Assembly: GCF_036321535.1 (NCBI RefSeq)
Contig: NC_087436.1
Location: 69,442,001-69,506,000, forward strand
Reading direction: 5' to 3'
Source of the DNA: Camelus dromedarius
Lineage: Eukaryota
DNA: 64,000 nucleotides
The notes below the pieces were generated by a model. That model worked only from the letters and a program-made list of their open reading frames with translations, made no database searches and was not told where the DNA came from. Made by a program: the position numbers and the translations under genes. Positions 51,976 to 64,000 of the stretch are shown in pieces (positions within the stretch are counted from its first letter, which is position 1; every line of letters starts with the position of its first letter).

Positions 51976-52360
51976 ATTTATTTCCATAATAATTTAGAGC
52001 TGGAGATTGATTCATCTGAACTTCTGTAGACTTTCATTTTCAACCTTGGCTGCTTACATTCTATCTGAATAAAATATTTTATAACTAACAAAATAGATAA
52101 ACCTGTGAGTTGGTGGATATACTTAGAGCAAGGTATACTCCCATTATATTGTTAAACTTTATCATTACTTGCCAGTCTATAAGCCAGCTATGGTTCTTTA
52201 AAGCTGAAAAGATGTTTTAGAAAAGCTTAGTTTTCTCAGAATCATTTGATAATGTGTGGTGTGATGGACAGTCAGAGATAAATGCTCTCAAACACTCCAC
52301 AGAGCTACTCCTGCCAACATTAAGTACTGGATGTGTCTATTGGTAAAGGTAACAACAAAG

Positions 52361-52576
52361 TATACACATCAGGGTTCTCTAAAGAAACAGAATCAATGTG
52401 TGGTAGATGGAGAAAGAGACAGGGAGAGAGAAAGATGGAGAAGGAGAATGAGAGATGATGGATGGTAGACAGGGAGAGAGAAAGATGGAGAAGGAGAAGG
52501 AGAGATGATGGATGGTAGACAAGGAGAGAGAGAGAGGTAGATGGGAGATTTAGATGGAGAGAGAGAAAGGGAAAGA

Positions 52577-52616
<40 letters not shown>

Positions 52617-53028
52617 AGGAACTGACCTGAGATTTTGGATGCTGAGAAATCCTACAATCTGCCATCTGCAAGCTGGTGGCCCAATTCAGTCCCAGTCCAA
52701 AGGCTTGAAAACCAGGAGAGACAATGGCGCAAGTCCCAGTCTGAGGCCAAAGGCCTGAGAAACAGGAGCGCTGATGTCTGAAGGCAGGAGAAGCTGAAGC
52801 AAAGAGCAAATTTGTCCTTCCTCTGCCTTTTTGCTCTGTTCAGGCCCTCAGTGTTTTGGTGGATGCCTCACCCAACTGCACTGGTGAAGGTGATCTTTAC
52901 TCATTCTCTCAGTCTAAATGCTAATCTCTTCCAAAAACATCCTCACAGACATACCCAGAAACAATGTTTTACCAGCTAGTTGGGCCTCCTTTAGCTCAGT
53001 CACGTTAACACATAAAATTAACCTTACA
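52361..53028 (-). mobile_element. ERVL LTR (MLT2B-like) with expanded purine repeat
   Basis: cagggttctctaaagaaacagaatcaat...ctgccatctgcaagctgg...cctcacagacatacccagaaacaatg...cacataaaattaacc. Confidence 0.85.
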
Positions 53029-53445
53029 CAAAGGAACTGGTAAATATAATAGCTTGAGCAAGAAAGGAGCTCATTTCTTCCTTACCTAACCACTCAGAGC
53101 AAGACTTCTGCATCTGAAATTATACTACCTGATATTTTTCTACAGATTATTGAGACTCACTGTATTCCTTTCTATCAGCCTGTGTATCAACTTCAATATC
53201 TTTAGACTTGAATGCAACTTTACTGTTTCTTTCTTCTGTAGTGTCTAATCAACCCTTATTTCTATTTAGCATATATTTTAAAAATTTTATGAATTTTTCA
53301 GATCTAGGATTTTTACTTGGTTCTTCTTTGGTTTGAAACCTTTCCTAAAATTTCACATCTTTTCACCCACTATACTCTTCATTCTCTATAAATTCTTTAG
53401 TTTTTTAAAAAAATCATTATTTGTAAGCCCCTTGTCAGATAATTA

Positions 53446-53618
53446 GGGCTAGGACTACACTGGTGCAAGTGAAGTGCCTAGTGCATAATATTTAAGGAGG
53501 TACTCATTCTTAAGTTTGTGAAAATTCTGATCCTGCACTTGCACAACCCTGAGAATGATTGCCTCCTGAAAGTTAGTTCTTTAAGCACATCATTTGCTGT
53601 GCCCTAATCATGGCCTTG
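53446..53618. mobile_element. MER53-like palindromic hAT DNA element
   Basis: agggctaggacta...tttaaggaggtactcattct...cttgcacaaccctgagaatgattgcctcctgaaa...ccctaatcatggccttg, with internal inverted symmetry. Confidence 0.75.
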
Positions 53619-54759
53619 CTGTTGATTCTAAGAGCTGAATCATCTGTGAGACTGTATATGGATGGATTTTCCTCTAGATCATCGATCACCTTATCATATA
53701 TCTTCAATGACTAATACTTTTTAACTGATTCTGGAAATTGAAGATAATACAATTTTGAGACTCTGCATTCTGTCATTTCTTCTACAAAGGTTTGAGTTTT
53801 GAAATAGTTGCCTATAGTTCCCTCTTGATTCTATGGATGTTTGATATGGGTTTTTTAATAGGTCTATTTCAGGTTTTTTAAAAAAAATTTATGCCATAGC
53901 CCCCAGTCTTGGGAACTTTTCCTTATGACTAAGGAAATTTATTTTCGACATTCTATTTTTTGTTTCCCATTGGGTTTCTTGGAGTCTTGCCAGAGTGAGG
54001 TTTACTTCTTTCAAAGACTGATTGATTGATTATAAAGAAAATGTCAGTAAATATCAAAAGAATGAAACTTGATAGAATATATCCTCTGATTACTGGGGAA
54101 TTAAGTTATAAATCTAGTAAAACTTTTCAATGGACATTAACATATGTATTTGAACTAAATGTTAATAAAGCATGGCACTTCAGAAGTTGTAGGGTACAGA
54201 TAAAGAAGTTTTCAAGTGAATTACATTTGAAAACATATATTGGAAAATTGAAAACTGAAAATTAATGATGAGAGCTTCCAACTTAAGAATCACTTGATCT
54301 GGGGAGGAGAGCAGTTTGGAGTCCTCCAAACAATGGCTCTGAAAATGGCTTTGAGTTCCTTGAAAAGGACGGAAAATGAAGCCTAAATAAGAAAGGATGA
54401 AAGACTGAGAAACAGATGTGAGTACTCAATTGACTACTTTTATTCAGTATGTATTAGATGTCCAAAACTGCACCATAAGAAAAATATATAAAGTTTATAA
54501 AGAAAGAATTAAAATCTTTTATCATACATAGATGACATGATAGAATATGTAAAAACTTGACTGAATCTACAGAGAAATTATTAAAATTAATTAATGAATT
54601 CAGTAAGTTCTCTGCATATAAAGTTAAAACCAAAATTCAATTGCATTTCTATACACCAGCAACAAAAATAACATATAATTTTAAAAATATATATTTTAAA
54701 AGACATTATGATAGATAAAAGATAGAGGAATAAATCTAACAGAAGTAGTGTAAGATTTT

Positions 54760-55636
54760 CTTAATATAATCTTCTTACATATTTTTATCTTTATTTTTTA
54801 ATTGAAGTATAGTTGAGTGATATTATGTTAGTTTCAGATGTACAACATAGTAATTCAATATTTTATAGATTATACCTCATATGAAGTTATTATAAAATTT
54901 TACTATATTCCCTATTCTGTATATTACATCCTTGTAACACTTATTTTGTACCTAGTAGTTTGTACCTCTTAATTCCCTCCTCCTATTTTGCCTCCCCTTC
55001 CCTTTCCTCTCTGGTAACCACTAGTTTGTTCTCTATATCTCTGAATCTGTTTCGTTATATTTGTTTATTTGTTTTGTTTCTTAGACTTCACATGTAAGTG
55101 AAAACATATGGAATTTGCCTTTGTCTGACTTATTTCACTAAGCATAATACCCTCCAGGTCTATCTATGTGGGCACAAGTAGCAAAATTTCATTCTTTTTT
55201 ATGGCTGAATAATATTCAATTGTGTACATACTATACTTTCTTTATCCATTCATCTGTTGATGAACACTTAGGTTGCTTCCATATCCTGGCTACTGTACAT
55301 AACACAACTATGAACACTGAGGTGCACATACCTTTTCAATTTAGTATTTTTATTTTCTTCAGATAAATACCCAGGAGTGAAAAATGCTGGACAGTACAGT
55401 AGTTATATTTTTAGTGTTTTGAGGAAACTTCATACTGTTTTCCACAGTGGCTGTACGAATTTACATTCCTACCAGCAGTGCATGATGGTTTGCTTTTCTC
55501 TACGACTATCTAAAATAAAGAATTCATGCAACTCAATATAAAAAAAAAACCTCAATTAAAAAATTGGAAGAGGACCTGAATAGGCATTTTTCTAAAGAAA
55601 ACATACAGATGGCCAACAGGCACGTGAAAAAAAAAT
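54760..55636 (-). mobile_element. L1 with 5' inversion nested in an older sense L1M (~54000-56960)
   Basis: Antisense 3' part to ~55503, then a sense ORF2 piece to ~55633. TSD GT(A/T)GTGTAAGATTTT at 54745-54759 and 55637-55651. Confidence 0.8.
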
Positions 55637-56048
55637 GTTGTGTAAGATTTTTACACTGAAAAATTTTTTAAAATCTTACTAATATAACAAAGAAATCCTA
55701 GATAAAAGGATGTGTGTTTTACACTTGTCACTTCTCCACAAATTGATCAATACATTGGATGTAATTCCAATATTGATCATAGCAGTTTTTTAAAATAGAA
55801 ATTGACAAGCTAAAATGTATATGGAAATGCCAGGGGCCAATAATTGACAAGGCAATCTTGAAGAAAATGAAAATGAAGGCATTATATTACCAGATATTCT
55901 TTTAGATTATTGAGCTATATATTAATTAAATGAAGAATAAAAAATAAGCCTACAAAATAAAATAGAGTCCAGAAACTGACCCACATATATATGAGCCACT
56001 GATTTATAACAAACCTGGCTTCCAGCAAGAAAGGAATGGTATTTTCAG

Positions 56049-56135
56049 TACAGTCATCCCTTTGTATTCAGGGAGGGGATTTGTTCCAAGACCCATAGTG
56101 GGTAGGAGAATCTGTGGATGCTCAAGTCCCATAGT
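56049..56135 (+). mobile_element. MER2/Tigger-like fragment
   Basis: TA-cagtcatccctttgtattc...ggggatttgttccaagaccc...aatctgtggatgctcaagtccc. Confidence 0.7.
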
Positions 56136-58579
56136 CATCCCTCTGAATCCAGCTGATATTAAGCAAATAATTCTTATATAAGATATAAATATTTAGTATA
56201 AAGGAAAAAATGATAAACCGGCCTGTAATAAGACTAAGAACATGAAAAGACACCAAAGCTCAAGTCATAGAATCAGGGAAGATATTTGAAAGACATATAA
56301 TAAAACAGGATTTACAAACAGAATATATGTACACCTATATGCATATCTATACATAGTGTAAACACACACCCCCACATACAAACAAAGACACACATATCTT
56401 TCAAAAGTTAGAAGATTCTTTGGTGGTATCTTAAACATGTGCATATCGTATTATCTAGCAATTTAATCCTTATGCTGAACCCAAGGAAAATGTACTGAAA
56501 ATATGTATATAAAAAAATGAGAACAAGAATGTTCATAGCAGAAGTATTTGTAAAAACCAAACTGGAAACTCTTCAAATGTCCATCAAGAGCAAATAAGTA
56601 TTGATATATGTTCACAATGGAATACTATATAGAGATGAACATGGAAAGAAAAAATGCAACAACATGCAACATGGGTAAATCTTCCAACTATAATGTTGAG
56701 TGAAAAAAGTCAGAAAGCTATGGAGTCTAACTGTACAATTCCATTAATATAAATGTCAAAAAAGGCAAATTGAATCTATGGTTTTGAAAATCAGAATTGT
56801 GGTTTTCATTGTGGAAAATTTTGACTGGAAGCGGGTACAGGGGATGGGACGCTTTCATATGTCAGTATTATTCTGTTTCTTGAGATATGAATCTGGTTAT
56901 CCAGATATGTTTGCGTGGGAAGATTTATCTGGATACCTAAGATTTGTATACTTCTCTGTGTGTGTTGTGCTTCCAAAAAAGGAAACCTGTGCTGATGATG
57001 GAGCACTCAGATACTGGGGTGGAATTTTCGCACCACTCAAATACTGTGCCTTGACCAGTAGGCTGCTATTGAAAGATTTTACTTTATATCCATTTCTTAT
57101 GTATTTCTGCCTTTTTCTGGTTTACTTTCGTTGGCTTCTTTGTGTGTTTTGGCCTCTTTGCAGAGGCCCAGTGTGCTTCAAGCTAAGGCCCCAAAATATG
57201 TCAATAAGAAAAATTCAGGCAAAACAGTGGGAGAGTGTAGTTTTCACACATTTTAATCTATTTAGAAATTTAGCTCTTACACAATAGAAGGAATAATTGC
57301 CCAGGAAATAAGCAAAAGTGTTCTCAATGAAACTGAATCTACACCAATTGTTTAAGCTAAAGAACAGTTCACACACCGAGCAAACTGTACTCAGAAAAGT
57401 TACTCATTTCTTTTATTTTGAAACACAGTGCATATTTGGCTAAAGTCCCAGTGTTGAAATGTATAATTCAATGAACTTCCTTCTTCCTTTCAAATTATAT
57501 TAAATGACTGAGTTTAAGTTTTTTTGCTTAATTTTTGCATTTTCAAATATGAATCCAATTCCAATCAGTACAAAAAGAGTGTTTTCTGTCTTATCTATCA
57601 ATCTGTCTATCTGTCTACCTATCTATCTATTGAAATTATCGACCTGGCACTTACCTGAAAAACAAGGATAGTTCATCTTTATCACTTGGAAATAGTCATA
57701 AATAATACAGCCATTAAATCACCTTCGGTGTTTTTAAAAAATGCGTAGTCTAGGGCCTTGTCCAAGCTATCTTATCAAAATCTCCAGAGAGAACCCAAAG
57801 AACCTTATTTTCTTTACAAATGCTTCCAATAAGCTCAGGAATTTTGGTACTCCTGCTATTAAGACTGAAAGAAGGGAGGAGATATAGAAGGTCCAAGTTG
57901 AGGGGAAATATTTTGTTCTTTCTGCCCTTTTTTCTCTCATATTCAAAGTTGCACAGAAAGGGTCTCCATAAGATTTATGACAGCTTGTTCTCTCCTCCCT
58001 GAATAGAAGAGAACAGAACAGAACAGAGCACAGCCAAGCCCCACCTTATGAACAGGCTGCATTACAAAAACTATTAGTCATTTATTTGGCCTCTATGCAT
58101 TTTACCCAAGACATTCCTTTCTAATCATATCACTTGAAATGTACATTAACCTAGATGAGCTTCAGTTAAGTTATTTCCATCTTTATTTAAACAATAAATA
58201 AGTACCAGTTACAACATAGCTTATAGAACAAAAACATTCACAAATGCAATTGTCACAGGTTTGCAGGCAGTGTCCCAGCAACACTAGGGCTCTGAGACCG
58301 GACAGAGCTTGGAACCTTCACAGTGTCAGCTTGGGCATCATTATCTGATTATATTCATGATAATATTTTGAGAAGTAATCGAATATGTCATAGAGTGATT
58401 AAGAATGATATTTTGGAGTCAAGGCAGGCTTAGCTTTAAATTTTAGTTCCAAGTTTCAGTTTCTTCACCTTAAAATTGATGTAATAATACTTCTACAAGA
58501 TTGTATGATATTTAATAAATGATCAATAAAAATAGTAGTGAAATATAAATTATAATAATAATTATGATCCCTGTCACAT

Positions 58580-59850
58580 GGATCAATGTTGGAGACATCG
58601 GTGTGAACTCATGTTTTACTTAATACAGATATAGATAGCTACCTATAGAAATATTTATACATATATGTCTATACACAGGTTAGTATACACACATGTAACT
58701 CCTTGTTCTGTCAGTCAAGAGGGCTTAGAAGCAATGCCAACACAGTAGCAATGAACACGCCTGGCACTCAGATCTTGATTTTTCTAATACCATTCTCCAA
58801 AAAGGGAACCAGAGCCCCTTGGAGAAATGGCTGAGTCTACAACTGGGACACAGACTATGTAAGATGGGTCTGGAGTATTCTGCACTGCCAGAAAATAATA
58901 AAAATGCTCAAAACAAACACGCAAACAAATCTACAATAAAGCTGGTATGCCAAAGGAATTCAGAAGCCAACTTAAAGAGCTCCCAACAGACAAATTGGAA
59001 AAATTTGAGGAAGAAAATAAAGTATAACTGATTTATAACCAAAAGTATAAAATAAATACCTATGAGTCCTCACTGATTTAAATAAATGATTAAATACATA
59101 AATAAGTGGTAGAGAATTTAAAAGTCTCTCAAGCAGAATATTTCTAAATTCTATAGATACTTCTTATGTCAGGAGATGAAGCATTACTTCACGCTTCTTA
59201 AATGTGAGCTGCAGGATGTGATTTTCTTCCCAAGTATACAATATGGAAAGGGAGAATAAAACACAGAGCAGAACTTTGCAATGGAAACCTGATAAACACT
59301 GTTTGAACCAGATGAACATCAACACTGGCAAGTCATATAGTTAGTATATATTCTTGATGTGATGTGGTGAGAATGATACTTTAACTCTGTGTGTGATCTT
59401 TTCCACCAGAACATATTTGTTCAGTATAATCATGAGAAAAACACCACATAAATGCCAACTGAGAGGCATTCTACAAGACAGCTAGCCAGTACTCTTCGAA
59501 AGAGTCAAGGTCATCAAAAACAGGGAAAGTGTAAGAAACTTTTCACATCTAAAAGGAATCTAAGAAGATATGATAATTAAGTGTAATGTGGTGCCCTGGA
59601 TAGGGTCTTGACAGAAGAAATAACATTAGAGAATAACCAAGTCAATCGAAATAATGTTTAGACTTTAGTTAGTAGTAATCCAGCAATATTTCTTTATTTA
59701 TTGTGACAAGTATGCCATATTAATGTTTATTAATTATAGAGGAAACTGGGTGTGAGATTTCCAGGTATGAGGTTCTCTGTAGTATCTTTGCAATAATTTT
59801 GTAAATCTAAAACTGTTCTAAACAAAAAGATTAAAAAAAAAAAAAAAGCA
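58580..59850 (+). mobile_element. L1MC-like 3' end
   Basis: aactgagaggcattctacaa...ccagtactcttc...gtcaaggtcatcaaaaacagggaaag...tttgtaaatctaaaactgttctaaac followed by poly(A). Confidence 0.8.
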
Positions 59851-59945
59851 CAACTGTTGTATTTGAAACCAGAGAGGGGAGGCATAATGCCCATCACTCT
59901 ATTGTTACATCCCCAGTCCCTTGAACTGTAAACAATATACATCAA

Positions 59946-59951
59946 TTTATT
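59946..59951 (-). terminator. Candidate SULT1B1 polyadenylation signal AATAAA
   Basis: First canonical AATAAA I found downstream of the stop (~780 nt). No transcript evidence. Confidence 0.3.
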
Positions 59952-60726
59952 TTCCCAATTTTTCTTTTATCAGGTTAAATAATTTACCTTTAAGTGAAAA
60001 TGTAGCAGCAATAATTAAAAATTGTATGATAAGTCTCATTAAATCATTTCAGCATTCTTCTTAGAATTAAGACAAAGCACAATTCTATTTACTGGGTAGA
60101 AAATCCTTTTGAACATCAAGTGGATTTCAGTTCTTTGCTCAAAAATTACATAATCAGAAGTTAGAAATTTGGACACACAGAAATTAGGTATAGAAACAAT
60201 ATTTCCGAAATCTGAACCACATTATCTGGAACATGAACCATATTATTCAAATAGAGCCTCTGCAAGATGAGTGACTCAAGGAACAACTTGAAATCCAGAA
60301 GACAGAAGTGGAATAGAGTGTCCTGGGTCAAGTTTTTAGGAAAGGAAAATTGGAGCAGAACTGGGAAATACAGTGTCAGTGTGAAAGCAGCATTTCTTGA
60401 GCCATATTTATAAGGCATAGAACTTAATTCTAAACCATAATATACGGAGATTGAGTAGGAAACTTTCTCTTGTCAGTACTAGTCTAGGAAAAGGCAGGAA
60501 TGACCTACAAAAAAGTAAAGATTAGTCCTAACATTAGGGAATTTGGAAGTTCAGAGTGAATGAGGAGCAAAACTGGGACCTGATTAACCATGCTGAAATA
60601 TCAAAGTTTTAAAAGCATATTTTTTCTTCTTTATAAAACCACTGGATTGCCCAAGTCAAGCCATCACTGCCCCTGTTTCAGCAAGCTGCAGGTCAGTTCT
60701 TTCTTCAGATTTTCGGTATAGGCTCT

Positions 60727-60846
<120 letters not shown>

Positions 60847-63562
60847 TTACAAATAAAAAAAATACGAATGAATAAAATATTTCCATTGTGAAGGAAGAGT
60901 TAATGTATACCAATAGTTTCCTGAAAGAAATTCTTTTAGTGTTTCTAATTGTCCTGGGTCATGGAGTTACCACCGGTCACTGAATCAATGGTCAGGGAAT
61001 ATTTTATTTCATGAGTTCCTTTTGGACACGGTACAAAGAACTGGTCAGCAGCACAATCAAATCATGAAACACAAAGCTGAAAAATTTATTTCCCAGAAAT
61101 AGTAAATGAGGGTGTTGTGATATCTGGATGGTGCTTGTGTTCTCTGAATTCACTGGACTCATATCTTATTTTAATTTTAGAGGATGAGAATAGCATTAAA
61201 GTCAGACATAAAATGTCCTTGAACCATTTTTGCAGAAGTGAAACTATTGGGATATAAACTCACATTTAATCTTTTATACTTGGATGCTTAAAAATAATTA
61301 TTTGAAAAATAAATAATTTTTATGGTTAATACCATAAAAATATGTTTTGAGGAAAACATTAATTTTGCCATTATATGTAACATTAAATATAATCGTATTG
61401 AATCACAAGCCTTATTAACCCATGTTGGCTTGATGAAGATTTTAAATCCTTTTAATGAAAAATATCCCCAAGAGAAGGTTGTTTGCTTGGTTATTATACT
61501 TTGCTCTATTTTCTCCAGATGGCACGTCCTCTTTGGAGTGGACGTGAGGGTAGTGCATATTTGGGATAATACACCTGTAAATATATGATGGAAAACAGAA
61601 AGTGCAGATTTAAACAATAAAGAGCCATCTACAAAGTATTCTAATGATCTATTTTGAATATGAATATTAGATACATAAACACATTCCCTTCTCAATAGTG
61701 TGGGAAGTGAAAAATGAATTTTGGCAAAATCCCAGGGTTTTCTATTTTGCTGCAACATCAGCATAAACTGTGGACATCATTTATTCTCTCCCTGTCACCT
61801 TTACCATTGTGTGGCTAAATTAAGACATTGATTTATCCAGCATGGCATCCTTCAAGAGTGAGTGTGCTGTGCCGGTCCCTTTGTTCATGCTTCATCTTTG
61901 AGCTTTTTCAACATCTATGATATACATGCCTCTTGTATTATGAGCTTCTTGAAGCAAATGTATGTGTCACTTATGTTCTAGGGAATACGAGCTGCCCGTA
62001 GGTATTCATGAGCAGCTTTTCTTAGATGTTAATTAATGAATAAAGGGTATTCTTTAAGTGTTCAGTGAATGCATGAATGAGTAAATGGATAGATGAATCT
62101 TGAACTATTTAGACTAAAATGACTTTATTAGTCTATTATTTTGGGTCAGAAAAAATGTACTGGATGCTTGTATTTTCTTTTTACCATTATCTTCCCCCAT
62201 AACTTATGCTACAGGTGTTGTTACTTTCTCCATTTTGTCAGTGATGTTATCAAAACTTAGGCAGATGTATTTATTAAAGTCATAGATGCAGGAAATGGCA
62301 TAGCCTGGATAAATTCCATATCAATCTAACCACAAAGGATGTGTTCTTTACTGTACAGGCGATGTACAGACTGTTTCTCTTACTCACTCTTCCTTGAAGT
62401 TGGAGAAACCATGGAATCCAGACACTGAGCTTGCCTCATCTACCTCTATACTTTAATGAGACATCATGAGATTATATCTGTTTTCACAGGACTGGGGATA
62501 AAACTCTCCTTGAAGTCACATTCCACAATCTGGCATAATCAGAATTTGCCTTTTTAATAAAGAGGGTTTTTTTTTCTCAGATTCTTCCACCAGGAAAATG
62601 TGTATGTATGTTCGTGTGTGTGTGTGTGTGTATCACTCTTCTTTGTTTGAATTTTTAATGCATCATTTATAATGAAAAACTCGTCTTGCCCTCTTACACT
62701 AGAGTTCGTTTTGAAAAGTAGTGTTTCTGAAAATTAAAAAAAATAATTTGAAAACAATAGGACTATTTCAAGGTACAGAGAAAAACGCGTTAGAAAAATC
62801 TATAATCATATAATTCTTTCAAGAGTGAGGGTTTTGCTCCACACGTTCATATGCACAATGTAGTCCTAGGGTTATGTTTACTTCCCAGCACACCAACAGA
62901 AATTGTATCTCTTTCTCTCCAATTCAAGAAAGAATATTGAAGCAGCGGGTGACATTACTAGGTGGATAACAGCTTAAATTTAAGTTAATAATTTGTTAAA
63001 TTTATTATTGTTATTGTTAATAACACATTTTGACACAAACTGTATACAATAAATCACAATATACAGTATTTGCTTCAGTGAAAGTAAAGCTCTATTTTAA
63101 CAGAGGATGCTGTATTTCTCTATTGTCATCTTTCTAAGTTAAATTTAGATTCCATGTTTCTTATAATTCAGATGTTATTCTTAGGGAGCAAAAACTTCAC
63201 ATAGGGTAAAAAATGTCCTTTGTCTTGGTGAATCCTTAACAAAGTGACCACGGCTTTCTAAATGATATGAGGTCTTTAAAGAAGTTGATACTGTGTTGAG
63301 TAACATTAGGTTATTAGTGGAAAGAAGAAGGAAGCCTAGGCCAATTTGAACTGCAATTAAGACTTAGGAATAAAAAATTTAGAACGACTCACATCAGAAT
63401 TGACAAAACAGTGCCTTTTAGCAGAGTAGTAAATAGGAAGAGAAATATGTATCACGTACACAAGGTGCTCTGGTAACAAGTTTACAGGCATTATTTCCTT
63501 TAATAATTTCTAATTTAACTCAGTAACTTTTTGTGAGAGGTATTATTAGAGTCTTTATTTTA

Positions 63563-63865
<303 letters not shown>

Positions 63866-64000
63866 CTATCAGTGAGTAAAGAGACATAATCAAATAAATG
63901 GTGAACAATCAATCATTAACATAATGTGAAAAAATTAATCATAAAAATGAAAAAATCAATCATTTATACTTAGTAAAAGTAGAATAGAAATATTTTATTT

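Noticed and set aside
52393..52809. 138-aa Ser/Leu-rich ORF
   Set aside because: Translation of the (TC)-rich repeat within MLT2.
56778..57287. 169-aa ORF
   Set aside because: The first part overlaps an old L1 3' end, and there is no recognisable domain or exon structure.
61288..61764. 158-aa ORF in the last SULT1B1 intron
   Set aside because: No SULT similarity; the flanking exons already join in frame.

Overview
AT-rich mammalian genomic DNA from the UGT2A / SULT1B1 locus. The young L1 3' ends look camelid-type and I saw no Alu, Bov-A/tA, PRE1 or SINEC, so the species call is tentative. All genes are on the minus strand. At the right end are the last two coding exons of SULT1B1 (63685-63865, 60727-60839). 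To their left are three intact, tandem UGT2 N-terminal (aglycone-binding) exons, each ending in a phase-1 GT donor: UGT2A1 (25562-26279), UGT2A2 (15041-15770) and a UGT2A3-like exon (2756-3479). I found no constant exons 2-6 between them or anywhere in the window, which implies a three-way shared-exon UGT2A complex. The 2A1 and 2A2 exons both carry 3' splice-acceptor signals, and a candidate non-coding leader exon lies at ~30432-30490. The 2A3-like exon instead has its own HNF1/GATA/C/EBP-type promoter. The rest is mostly repeats: L1 (three twin-primed inversions), L2, MIR, MaLR/ERVL/ERV1 solo LTRs, MER53 and MER2. There is also a tailless 28S rRNA retrocopy with an 18-bp TSD and a ~130-bp inverted duplication. 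Repeat family names come from recognition by eye, not from a database search.
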